Below, piece after piece: positions 1-8,302 of a stretch of DNA of 14,156 nt (position 1 is the stretch's first letter; every line of letters begins with the position of its first letter). The notes beneath the pieces were generated by a model. It was not told where the DNA came from and did no database searches. It was given only the letters and a program-made list of their open reading frames with translations. The DNA is taken from NCBI GenBank assembly GCA_048884785.1, contig JBHLQM010000071.1, positions 1-14,156 of the forward strand. Reading direction: 5' to 3'. The translations under genes were made by a program, and so were the position numbers. This DNA comes from Candidatus Thorarchaeota archaeon (lineage in GTDB: Archaea; Asgardarchaeota; Thorarchaeia; Thorarchaeales; Thorarchaeaceae).

Positions 1-90
1 TTCGGAGCGCCTTCATAGCAGGTTTCAGTAACTACGTTAACCAATCTAATTGGTTCTACAGCTTCATATGACTCAAGGTATGTGGCTATT

Positions 91-597
91 TTATTTTTCA
101 TCAACGAGCTTACGAAGCTCCAAGGTTTCGAGATAATTATCCATTGCGAACATAGTCAGAGTCCGTTCAACAGCAGGAATCTCTCTGAGATAATCCACGA
201 TGAATCGATTCATCTCTTCTACATCCTTTGTGCGCACCTTGAGAAAGACATCATACTCACCACTTAAGACAAAGACCTCCTGAACAAAAGGATGCTTTGA
301 GATATCCTTACAGAACTCTTTCTGAGATAGTAAATCAGGTTGACCAGGAATTCGGTATCTTATAGTGATAAAGATCAAAGCAAGAGTTGGTCGATTTAGT
401 AGGAGTGGATCAAGTACTGCCGTATATTGTTTAATGAGATTGCACTGTTCTAGGGCTTTAATTCGAGCATGCACAGTTGAGATGCCTTTTCCTACTTCTT
501 TAGAGATTTTCTGTACACCAACCTTGCAATCCTCTTGCAGTAGTTCGAGTATTTTGATATTGATGTCGTCAAGTTCAGCTAATCCGCGTTTAGACAT
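91..597 (-). CDS. Lrp/AsnC-family transcriptional regulator (about 168 aa; start re-assigned from 678 to the ATG at 597)
   Basis: N-terminal HTH 'LDDINIKILELLQEDCK...ISKEVGKGISTVHARIKALEQCNLIKQYTAVLD' and C-terminal RAM domain 'VQEVFVLSGEYDVFLKVRTKDVEEMNRFIVDYLREIPAVERTLT'. The first 27 codons of the called ORF precede the HTH and overlap a TATA-like element, so MSKRG (ATG 597-595) is the more likely start. Confidence 0.93.
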   Translation of the reverse strand: MSKRGLAELDDINIKILELLQEDCKVGVQKISKEVGKGISTVHARIKALEQCNLIKQYTAVLDPLLLNRPTLALIFITIRYRIPGQPDLLSQKEFCKDISKHPFVQEVFVLSGEYDVFLKVRTKDVEEMNRFIVDYLREIPAVERTLTMFAMDNYLETLELRKLVDEK

Positions 598-608
598 AAT
601 ACCACATT

Positions 609-623
609 CCGAAAAGAATTCGG
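609..623. promoter_or_regulatory. Palindromic operator CCGAA-AAGAA-TTCGG (putative Lrp box)
   Basis: Perfect 5-bp inverted repeat with an A-rich 5-bp centre, lying between the lrp TATA-like box and the lrp start codon. This 15-bp shape is typical of archaeal Lrp sites. Confidence 0.6.
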
Positions 624-625
624 TG

Positions 626-639
626 TAATTAACATTTGT
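626..639 (-). promoter_or_regulatory. Putative BRE/TATA of the lrp gene
   Basis: Minus strand reads ACAAATG-TTAATTA, ending 29 nt upstream of ATG 597, consistent with a short-leader or leaderless archaeal transcript. Confidence 0.45.
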
Positions 640-717
640 ACGAAATTCTTGATAAAGATTACTTGATGTTGGACTCATAATTCAAGCAATATGAAACACG
701 TTTCTTTGACTTGGTTA

Positions 718-791
718 CCGAAAAAGATGCCACAAGGATGGCATGCGCTTAATATACAGAATCAAATGAATTCGATAATCAGATTGAGGAG
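718..791 (+). promoter_or_regulatory. GH3 promoter region: CCGAAAAAGA half-site (718), TATA-like TTAATATA (749-756), RBS GAGGAG (786-791)
   Basis: TTAATATA lies about 30 nt before the RBS, and GAGGAG lies 7 nt before ATG 799. Confidence 0.55.
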
Positions 792-798
792 AGCCTAA

Positions 799-2832
799 AT
801 GAGCATCAAGTCTGCAGAAAGAAATGATATGAATATTCTTTTGGAAGTAGAACGGCTTATCAAAGAACTCACACTGGAGGAGAAATTTCTCCTTTTATCA
901 AATTACAATAGACAAAACGCTTTTTCATCCACTCCGATAAGTCGTGTAGGAATTCCATCATTGGAAATGACAGACGGTCCTTTAGGGGTCTCGTGGCATT
1001 CCTCGAAAACAAGGAGTACTCGTTTTCCAGCTCCAATTTGCTTAGCTGCAACATGGGATAGAAACCTCTCTCGACTCGTGGGCGAAGCAATTGGCTCTGA
1101 AGCAAAAGAAGCTGGAAAACATCTATTGCTAGCTCCAGGGGTAAACATTCATCGAACACCATTGAATGGACGTACTTTTGAATATCTGAGTGAGGATCCC
1201 TATCTTACAAAGGAGATGGCAATTCCCTATGTGAAGGGTGTGCAGAAACAAGGCGTCGGGGCATGTCTAAAGCACTTTGCAGCGAATAGCCAAGAAACCA
1301 GACGTAGAACATCAAGTTCAGAAATTGATGAACGCACTCTTCATGAAATATATCTAAGACCTTTCAAAGAAGTCGTACAAGAAGCAAACCCTTGGTCTAT
1401 TATGGGTAGCTATAACAAAATCAATGGCAAATATGTCTATGAGAATCCAGACCTACTGCGAAGAATTCTGATGGAAGAGTGGGGATTCGACGGGTTCGTG
1501 GTGTCCGATTGGGATGCAACAAAGTACATGAACGATGCAGCGATTTGTATTAAAGCTGGTTTATCCTTAGAAATGCCTAGACCACACTGCTATAGACTCG
1601 AGCTGCTGAAAGAGTCCTTTAAGAAAGGAGAATTCACCGAATCGATGCTTGATGATGTCGTTAAGCGGTTTTTGAAAGTCTTCTTCTTGACGGGAATTTT
1701 GAACTCAAAGCAGAGAACCAAGAGTAAGAGAGGAGACTCCACTCAGCATTCTAACCTCGCCCGAAGAATTGCAGAAGAGGGAATGGTGCTTCTAAAGAAT
1801 GACAGACGACTTCTACCGCTCAACGTTGAGAAAATCCAAACAATAGCCCTGCTGGGTCCAAACCTAGATAATAAATTTGGACGACCTCAATATGGAGGTT
1901 CTTCGGCTGTTGTTCCACCTTATGAGATAACACCCCTGCAAGGTATTAGGGAAATGTGTGAAGAAAAAATCAAAATTGTTGATGACGCGTCAAAGGCGGA
2001 TGCAGCAATAATAGTAGCTGGACTCAACCACGATAGAGGAAATGACTCGGAATCAGCTGACCGAAGGTCGTTTAGTTTACCAGAGAATCAAGTGGAACTA
2101 ATAAAACAGATTTCAGAAGATAACACTAACACAATTGTAATTCTGATATCGGGTAGTCCAGTTGCGATGGAGAGATGGATGGAAGATGTCCCGACCATCC
2201 TTGAAGCATGGTATCCTGGAATGGAAGGAGGGAGAGCAATTGCCAATGTATTATTCGGAAGTGTGAATCCATCGGGAAAACTTCCGATAACCTTCCCGCG
2301 AAGACTTGAGGATTCTCCAGCACATTCACAGAAAAGCAATAGGACCTATCCAGGAGACGAGAATCTCAAAGTACACTACGAAGAGGGAATTAACGTAGGC
2401 TATCGGTTTTTTGACACGATGGATATTGAACCAAACTTTCCATTTGGTTTTGGTATGTCATACTCGAATTTCCAATATAAGAGCCTTCGAGTAGACCAGC
2501 AGAAGATTAGGAGCATGAAAGACCATCTTATTGTATCAATTGATATAACAAATAATGGATCTGTTAATGGTTCGGAGGTCGTTCAAGTCTACGCAAGTCC
2601 GGTTCAAAGCGAGATTCAAAGGCCCCTAAGAGAACTAGTCGGTTTTGAGAAGATAATGTTAAGATCAAAGCAAACATGCTCTCTCTCAATCATGGTTCAA
2701 GCAAAAGACCTAGCATTTTACGATAGTAGTAAGCACATGTGGCGGTTGGAAAAAGGAGATATTGAACTTCAGGTCGGTTCGGCTTCTAGATGCAATTTTC
2801 TCTCAAAAACCATCATATGTTACGAAGATTGA
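799..2832 (+). CDS. Glycoside hydrolase family 3 beta-glucosidase (cytoplasmic; TIM barrel + alpha/beta + FN3-like domains, no PA14 insert)
   Basis: GH3 motifs DGPLGV, LAATWDR, LLAPGVNIHRTPLNGRTFEYLSEDPYL, LKHFAAN, MGSYNKING, EWGFDGFVVSDW (nucleophile Asp), EGMVLLKN, SESADR (probable acid/base Glu), AWYPGMEGG, NPSGKLPITFP, YEEGINVGYR, FPFGFGMSY, GSEVVQVY. No signal peptide. Confidence 0.96.
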   Translation: MSIKSAERNDMNILLEVERLIKELTLEEKFLLLSNYNRQNAFSSTPISRVGIPSLEMTDGPLGVSWHSSKTRSTRFPAPICLAATWDRNLSRLVGEAIGSEAKEAGKHLLLAPGVNIHRTPLNGRTFEYLSEDPYLTKEMAIPYVKGVQKQGVGACLKHFAANSQETRRRTSSSEIDERTLHEIYLRPFKEVVQEANPWSIMGSYNKINGKYVYENPDLLRRILMEEWGFDGFVVSDWDATKYMNDAAICIKAGLSLEMPRPHCYRLELLKESFKKGEFTESMLDDVVKRFLKVFFLTGILNSKQRTKSKRGDSTQHSNLARRIAEEGMVLLKNDRRLLPLNVEKIQTIALLGPNLDNKFGRPQYGGSSAVVPPYEITPLQGIREMCEEKIKIVDDASKADAAIIVAGLNHDRGNDSESADRRSFSLPENQVELIKQISEDNTNTIVILISGSPVAMERWMEDVPTILEAWYPGMEGGRAIANVLFGSVNPSGKLPITFPRRLEDSPAHSQKSNRTYPGDENLKVHYEEGINVGYRFFDTMDIEPNFPFGFGMSYSNFQYKSLRVDQQKIRSMKDHLIVSIDITNNGSVNGSEVVQVYASPVQSEIQRPLRELVGFEKIMLRSKQTCSLSIMVQAKDLAFYDSSKHMWRLEKGDIELQVGSASRCNFLSKTIICYED

Positions 2833-2872
2833 GATTCAAAATCATAATCCATTACAGAAAAATAATAAAATG

Positions 2873-2940
2873 CCGAAAAGATTTCACACAGAATCCGATA
2901 AGAGTTAATACTTCTATGCTTTAATCAATCTTTTTGGTGG
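2873..2940 (+). promoter_or_regulatory. GH94 promoter region: box CCGAAAAGATTTCAC (2873-2887), BRE-like CCGATAAGAG + TATA-like TTAATA (2895-2910), RBS GGTGG (2936-2940)
   Basis: The box matches the 609-623 palindrome at 12 of 15 positions. A purine-rich BRE-like stretch directly precedes TTAATA. GGTGG lies 5 nt before TTG 2946. Confidence 0.5.
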
Positions 2941-2945
2941 TTGAT

Positions 2946-5303
2946 TTGGAGTATGGATTTTTCTCTAAAGATTCCAGAGAGTACGTTATTACCAAGCCAG
3001 ATACACCCACACCGTGGATCAACTACCTCGGAAGTAGTGAATACTGCGCGATGATTTCGAACACTGCTGGAGGCTACAGCTTTCACAAAGATCCGAGAAA
3101 TCGAAGGATTACACGATATAGGTACAACAATGTCCCTACAGATCGACCTGGGAGATATATCTACATAAGAGATGATAAAACAGGCAAGTACTGGTCTCCT
3201 ACATGGCAGCCAACTCTAACAAATCTTGACAGCTATGAATGCAGACATGGTCTAGGGTATACCAAAATTGCTTCCTCCTTCCAAGGCATTAAATCAGATA
3301 TTACCTATTTTGTACCAGTAGATCATAACTTGGAGATTTGGATTATCACTCTCAAGAATACATCATCTAAAGATACGTACCTTAAGATACTCTCATACAG
3401 TGAGTTCTGTCTGTGGGACGCTAATAGAGATCAGAATGACTTGCAATCAATCCAGTTTGTCGGAATCTCGCGCTATAACGAGGGTGTTATTCTTTACAAT
3501 TTATTTGATGAAAGTACCGGATATGCATTTTTCACCTCAAGTGAGAGGATTGAGAGCTATGATTGTTGCAGAGAAACCTTCATTGGTAAATATCAAGATG
3601 AGTCCAAACCAGCAGCCGTAGAGAGAGGAGAGTGTTTTGGATCGGAAGCAATTGGTGGAAATCCAATTGCCGCGACTTGTAGTTCTATTTCATTGAAACC
3701 AATGGAGTCGAAGACAATAGTCTATATGCAGGGAGTAGCGAAGGAGAAATCAGAGGTAAAGAGCCTCGTCTTGAAGTTCATCGATAAGGGAAATATAGAC
3801 AACGAGTTTCAGAAACTAAGAGAACATTGGAGTTCGTACCTCAACAAAATGAGCGTTGAAACTGACGACTCCGTTTTTAACACAATGCTGAATGTTTGGA
3901 ATCAGTACCAGTGCCGAGTAACATTCGATTGGTCGAGATATGTTTCATTTTATGAAACAGGAATAGGGAGAGGCATGGGTTTCAGAGATTGTTGTCAGGA
4001 CATTCTTGGAGTTGTTCATGCATTCCCAGAAAGAGTCAGGCAGCGCATTATTGACTTGGCAAAGGTTCAATTCAAGAATGGTCGAGTGTATCATATCTAC
4101 TTCCCTCTAACAGGGGAGGGAGGATTTCCATATTATGTCAAAAAAGACATGCCCTTCTTCAGTGATGACCATCTCTGGCTAATTCTAGCAGTAGCTGAAT
4201 ATATGAAAGAAACAGGAGATTTCTCAATCATCAATGAGGATGTAAGCTTCGTTGATGGACCTCCAGCCAGCATCTATACACACATGCAGAAGTCAATTTC
4301 CTTTGCCCAGAGTAAGATGGGTAACCATTCTCTACCTCTCTTGGGAACTGCAGACTGGAATGACCCACTGAGTATACCGGGACCAAATAATGCCGCAGAA
4401 AGCGTGTTTGCAGCAATGCTCTACCATAAGGTACTCTTAGATTTGGCAGAGCTGAGCAATGAGTCAGGGATGAGTAGCAAAGCACAGAAATTTTCGACCC
4501 TGGCGCAGAAGACTAAGGACCATATAAACAGAGTTGCATGGGATGGAGATTGGTACATACGGGCTTTCGATGATTCCGGAAAGCCTGTTGGGAGTAAGGA
4601 CTGTGAGGAGGGGAAGATTTACCTAAACACTCAGTCATGGTCAGTCCTTAGTGGGATTGCTACTGAGGAGAGGGCGCAGAGGAGCCTGGATTCTGCTAGG
4701 GAGTATCTGGATACAAGCCATGGCCTTGCCCTTCTTGCTCCTACCTACTCAAGGTACTATAACGAGATTGGTGGACTAACCAGCTATGCTCCAGGTCTCA
4801 AAGAGAACGGCTCTATATGGAGCCACGCCAACGCGTGGGCTATTATTGCTGAATGTATGCTTGGAAGAGGCGATAAAGCCTTCGAGTATTATAGAAAACT
4901 AGCACCTCCTACAAAGAACGGAATAGCGGAAATTCGCAAATCAGAACCATATGTATATGCACAAACCATAGCAGGAGCTGATCACAAGTCATTTGGCGAA
5001 GCTAGGCAGTCATGGCTCACTGGTACAGCTGCTTGGATGATGAAAGCAGCCACAAATTGGATTATTGGTGTTAGGCCCCAGTATCACGGACTGCTTATCG
5101 ATCCATGCGTGCCAAGGGCATGGAGAAGTTTCAAGATGATTCGTCAATTCAGAAACACTATCTATGAGATCTCGTTTTTCAATCCTACTGGGATTTCAAA
5201 GGGAATTGAAACCATTCGCGTTGATGGCAAACTGTTCGAGAGCAATCTACTCCCAGCATTCTCGGATGGCAAAACGCATAAGATAGCAGTAACAATGGGC
5301 TAG
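2946..5303 (+). CDS. GH94 glycoside phosphorylase, cellobiose/chitobiose phosphorylase-like (start probably TTG 2946; ORF open from 2934)
   Basis: EYGFFSKDSREYVITKPDTPTPWINYLG, ISNTAGGYSF, RRITRYRYNNVP, YECRHGLGYT, WNQYQC, GRGMGFRD, SDDHLWL, catalytic ADWND, KENGSIWSH, EPYVYAQ, SWLTGTAAW. Starting at 2946 gives the family-typical M-x-YG-F-F N-terminus with an RBS in front. Confidence 0.95.
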   Translation: MEYGFFSKDSREYVITKPDTPTPWINYLGSSEYCAMISNTAGGYSFHKDPRNRRITRYRYNNVPTDRPGRYIYIRDDKTGKYWSPTWQPTLTNLDSYECRHGLGYTKIASSFQGIKSDITYFVPVDHNLEIWIITLKNTSSKDTYLKILSYSEFCLWDANRDQNDLQSIQFVGISRYNEGVILYNLFDESTGYAFFTSSERIESYDCCRETFIGKYQDESKPAAVERGECFGSEAIGGNPIAATCSSISLKPMESKTIVYMQGVAKEKSEVKSLVLKFIDKGNIDNEFQKLREHWSSYLNKMSVETDDSVFNTMLNVWNQYQCRVTFDWSRYVSFYETGIGRGMGFRDCCQDILGVVHAFPERVRQRIIDLAKVQFKNGRVYHIYFPLTGEGGFPYYVKKDMPFFSDDHLWLILAVAEYMKETGDFSIINEDVSFVDGPPASIYTHMQKSISFAQSKMGNHSLPLLGTADWNDPLSIPGPNNAAESVFAAMLYHKVLLDLAELSNESGMSSKAQKFSTLAQKTKDHINRVAWDGDWYIRAFDDSGKPVGSKDCEEGKIYLNTQSWSVLSGIATEERAQRSLDSAREYLDTSHGLALLAPTYSRYYNEIGGLTSYAPGLKENGSIWSHANAWAIIAECMLGRGDKAFEYYRKLAPPTKNGIAEIRKSEPYVYAQTIAGADHKSFGEARQSWLTGTAAWMMKAATNWIIGVRPQYHGLLIDPCVPRAWRSFKMIRQFRNTIYEISFFNPTGISKGIETIRVDGKLFESNLLPAFSDGKTHKIAVTMG

Positions 5304-5341
5304 CCGTTCAATAAAAAGGGAGATAATGGGGAAGTAAGAAG

Positions 5342-6442
5342 ATGAATCGAGATACAGACTCGCGGATGAACGATCAGGACTCGCCCTCCGCTACTGAGAG
5401 CGGGCCCTCATCCAAACACATTCAGTCGAAGCTGATGGATTTGCTCCAAAGTTCGTATGTAAAATTCATAGCTAGGAAAGTTGTCTTCTATATTGTCGTT
5501 GTGTTCTTTTCAGTTACACTGGTGTTTATTGTTATTGAATCCATGCCGGGTGATCCTGTTGCAGTAATGATTGCCTTTGGAAATCCACCTCCAGGCGCAG
5601 ATATCAATGCATTAGCAGATATAATGAGGCAATACTTCGGACTTGATAGGCCGGTCGAAGAACGGTTTCTCACATTTCTTGGGAATTTCTTCAGCGGCAA
5701 TTTTGGACAGTCGTATCACTTTTTCCCGGTATACGCTTCGACAATAATCCAATACTATCTGCCCTATACACTATCCTTGGCCATCCCTGTGTTATTTGTC
5801 AGCTTCTTCTTGGGAAACTGGATTGGTGCACGGGCAGCCTACCTTAAGGGCAAGTTAAACGAAACAAGCTACTTTGTCTTAGTTTTTTGCAACCAATTGC
5901 CGGCATTCTGGTTCGGACTAGTCATAATATTCCTTTACGTGCAACTGTTTCACAGCATTCCACCAATTGGAGCTGCCACGCAAGGGGTGATACCATCCTT
6001 GAGCATCAGTTATTTCCTCGACCTGGCCGCGCATTGGATTCTTCCTTTCCTGACACTATTAGTCGTGTATGTGGGAGCATGGGCTACGGGAATGCGGTCA
6101 ATGGTGACCCATGAGATGGACGCTGGTTACGTACGTTATGGTGAACAGCTCGGCTTCAAAAAGAAAAAACTGATGTCGTATACTCAGAGAAACGCCATCC
6201 TGCCGCAACTAACAGGTCTCAACATGGTATTCAATGGCATCATAGGACAGACATTGGTAATCGAAATCGTCTTTGGGTGGCCCGGCCTTGGCTTGTTGCT
6301 CTACAATGCTGTCTTTAATTATGATTATCCATTGATCTTTGGTTGCTTTTTGGTCATCATCATCATTATCGTAGTTGGCAACTTTCTGATTGACATTCTC
6401 TACGGATTTGTAGATCCACGAATCAGGACTGGGCATGGGTGA
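5342..6442 (+). CDS. ABC transporter permease, OppB/DppB type (probably oligosaccharide import); start uncertain (5342, 5366 or 5435)
   Basis: MPGDPV, FGLDRP, GNFGQS, LPYTLSL, PAFWFGL, HWILP, EAA-like loop YVRYGEQLG, RNAILPQ, EIVFGWPGLG, DYPLI, DILYGFVDPRIR, and multiple hydrophobic helices. Confidence 0.93.
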   Translation: MNRDTDSRMNDQDSPSATESGPSSKHIQSKLMDLLQSSYVKFIARKVVFYIVVVFFSVTLVFIVIESMPGDPVAVMIAFGNPPPGADINALADIMRQYFGLDRPVEERFLTFLGNFFSGNFGQSYHFFPVYASTIIQYYLPYTLSLAIPVLFVSFFLGNWIGARAAYLKGKLNETSYFVLVFCNQLPAFWFGLVIIFLYVQLFHSIPPIGAATQGVIPSLSISYFLDLAAHWILPFLTLLVVYVGAWATGMRSMVTHEMDAGYVRYGEQLGFKKKKLMSYTQRNAILPQLTGLNMVFNGIIGQTLVIEIVFGWPGLGLLLYNAVFNYDYPLIFGCFLVIIIIIVVGNFLIDILYGFVDPRIRTGHG

Positions 6443-6447
6443 TAGAG

Positions 6448-7284
6448 ATGTGGGAACTATTATTGAAAAGTCGAAAGGCTATGTTCGGATTAGTGGTCTT
6501 GGTCATATTCATTTTGCTTGGCACTGTGGGACCACTCTTAGTTGGAGACCCGTACAATATGAATCTGAGCTTGATGGGCCGGCCTCCGAGCCTTGAGCAT
6601 ATTCTTGGAACTACGAGTTTTGGAGAGGATGTCTTTGCCCAGCTCTGTAATGCTATCGGAAACTCGCTCTTGGTTGGACTAATAGCTGGTAGTTTGGGCA
6701 CCATGATTGCAGTCTTCGTGGGAGCTATTGGTCCGTACAGAGGGGGATTGGCAGACAGGATTTCTAATCTCGTCACCAACCTTGCTCTAGTACTCCCTCT
6801 GATACCTCTCTTCATAATCATTGCATCTGTTTTGCGTGGACTGGATCTTTTTCTGATAGGTGTGATCTTGGCTGTGACATCCTGGCCTTGGGCAGCAAGG
6901 AGTATTAGATCGCAGATGCTCACCCTAAAGGAGAGGGAATTTGTGAATCTGGCCCGAATGTCTGGGGATGGAAGCGTAAGGATTGTGGTATCAGAGATCT
7001 TACCCAATATGTTGGCGTATATTATGATGGTCTTTGTAATATTGACCGGAACCGCTTTACTCGCTGAGTCTGCACTCAGCATGATAGGTGTTTCTACGAC
7101 CCGCACTATTACCTTGGGATACATGCTTTACTGGGCTCAGCATGAAACGATTGTTCCGTTTTGGTGGGGCCTTTACTGGTGGTTTATTCCTCCGGGAATC
7201 GTGTTGACTATTATATTGACAGCGTTTTTCGTTGTTCATGCGGGCTTGGATGAGGTATTCAATCCAAAACTACGGAGGGTTTGA
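6448..7284 (+). CDS. ABC transporter permease, OppC/DppC type (start ATG 6448, or GTG 6439 overlapping the upstream stop)
   Basis: PPSLEHILGTTSFGEDVF, SLLVGLIAG, SWPWAARSIRSQMLTLKEREFV, EILPN, AESALS, WWFIPPG, EVFNPKLR. GGGTGA (6437-6442) lies 5 nt before ATG 6448. Confidence 0.93.
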   Translation: MWELLLKSRKAMFGLVVLVIFILLGTVGPLLVGDPYNMNLSLMGRPPSLEHILGTTSFGEDVFAQLCNAIGNSLLVGLIAGSLGTMIAVFVGAIGPYRGGLADRISNLVTNLALVLPLIPLFIIIASVLRGLDLFLIGVILAVTSWPWAARSIRSQMLTLKEREFVNLARMSGDGSVRIVVSEILPNMLAYIMMVFVILTGTALLAESALSMIGVSTTRTITLGYMLYWAQHETIVPFWWGLYWWFIPPGIVLTIILTAFFVVHAGLDEVFNPKLRRV

Positions 7285-7290
7285 TCGCTC

Positions 7291-8301
7291 TTGACAGAAC
7301 ACATTCTCGAAGTCGAAGACCTGAGGGGGTATTATAGAGGGGTGTTCGGTGTCGTTCGTGCCATTGATGGTGTGTCCTTCAATTTGAATCGAGGTACCAT
7401 AATGGGTATTGCAGGCGAATCAGGTGGCGGCAAATCCACGCTCGCCCAACTTATTTCAGGATCACCACCCCCGTTGCTGCATCTTGAGGGAGGAAGAATC
7501 CTAGTCGATGGAATTGACATTTACAACATAAATCCCGAAGAACTTAGAACTGAGGTGAAATGCAAGCGCATGTCCTACGTCCCTCAAGCTTCAATGGAGT
7601 CTCTAAACCCAGTCAAAAGGATAAGAGATTTTATCTTTGATGTAGTGGGACAGCGCACCGGCAAGAGAGTGCGTTCAAAGGAACGGAAAGCAGAAATTCT
7701 TGAAATGGCGGCGAACCACATCAAGACATTGGGATTGGACAGCTCGGTTCTGGATCGCTATCCACATGAACTTAGCGGGGGGATGAAACAGAGGATTGTG
7801 ATTGCTATATCAACACTGTGGAATCCCAAGCTCCTAATAATAGACGAACCAACCTCCGCTCTCGATGTTACTTCACAGAAACGAATGATTAAAGCACTAT
7901 TGAATCTGAAACGGGCGGGAATAATTGATAGCATGTTATACATCTCTCATGACTTGACAAGTCTAAGGCAGTGCTGCGTCAGAAGTATGGTCATGTATGC
8001 AGGTAAAGTCGTTGAAATGGGTAGTATGGATGAAACAATAAATGACCCACTACATCCCTATTCCCAACTGCTTGGAGCTGCAATCGCATCATACGACCCG
8101 AAAGGAAAGAAACAAGACGCGCTTCAGAGCATCCCTGGTTCTCCACCAGATCTAAGAAATCCTCCATCTGGCTGTAGGTTCTATCCAAGATGTCCCTATG
8201 CAATGGATATCTGCAAAACCGAAGAACCGCCAATGTTCATGGTTGGTGGAGGGAACAGAGGAGCTGCATGTTGGTTATTAAAGTCAACAACGGGTGAGTG
8301 A
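7291..8301 (+). CDS. ABC transporter ATP-binding subunit, OppD/DppD type with C-terminal Cys-rich domain
   Basis: Walker A GESGGGKST, Q-loop YVPQ, signature LSGGMKQR, Walker B/D-loop IIDEPTSALD, H-loop ISHD, HPYS, and C-terminal GCRFYPRCPYAMDIC...AACW. Confidence 0.95.
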   Translation: MTEHILEVEDLRGYYRGVFGVVRAIDGVSFNLNRGTIMGIAGESGGGKSTLAQLISGSPPPLLHLEGGRILVDGIDIYNINPEELRTEVKCKRMSYVPQASMESLNPVKRIRDFIFDVVGQRTGKRVRSKERKAEILEMAANHIKTLGLDSSVLDRYPHELSGGMKQRIVIAISTLWNPKLLIIDEPTSALDVTSQKRMIKALLNLKRAGIIDSMLYISHDLTSLRQCCVRSMVMYAGKVVEMGSMDETINDPLHPYSQLLGAAIASYDPKGKKQDALQSIPGSPPDLRNPPSGCRFYPRCPYAMDICKTEEPPMFMVGGGNRGAACWLLKSTTGE

Positions 8302-8302
8302 A

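Noticed and set aside
1-90. Partial gene at the left edge
   Set aside because: Too little sequence. Plus frames stop at 18, 31 and 71 and a minus-strand ATG sits at 16, and none can be favoured.
598-678. 27-codon N-terminal extension of the Lrp ORF
   Set aside because: It precedes the HTH with no family similarity and contains the TATA-like box and palindrome, so it is more likely promoter DNA.
6423-7124. 233-aa antisense ORF
   Set aside because: It is a shadow of the OppC permease, with no recognisable motifs or promoter.
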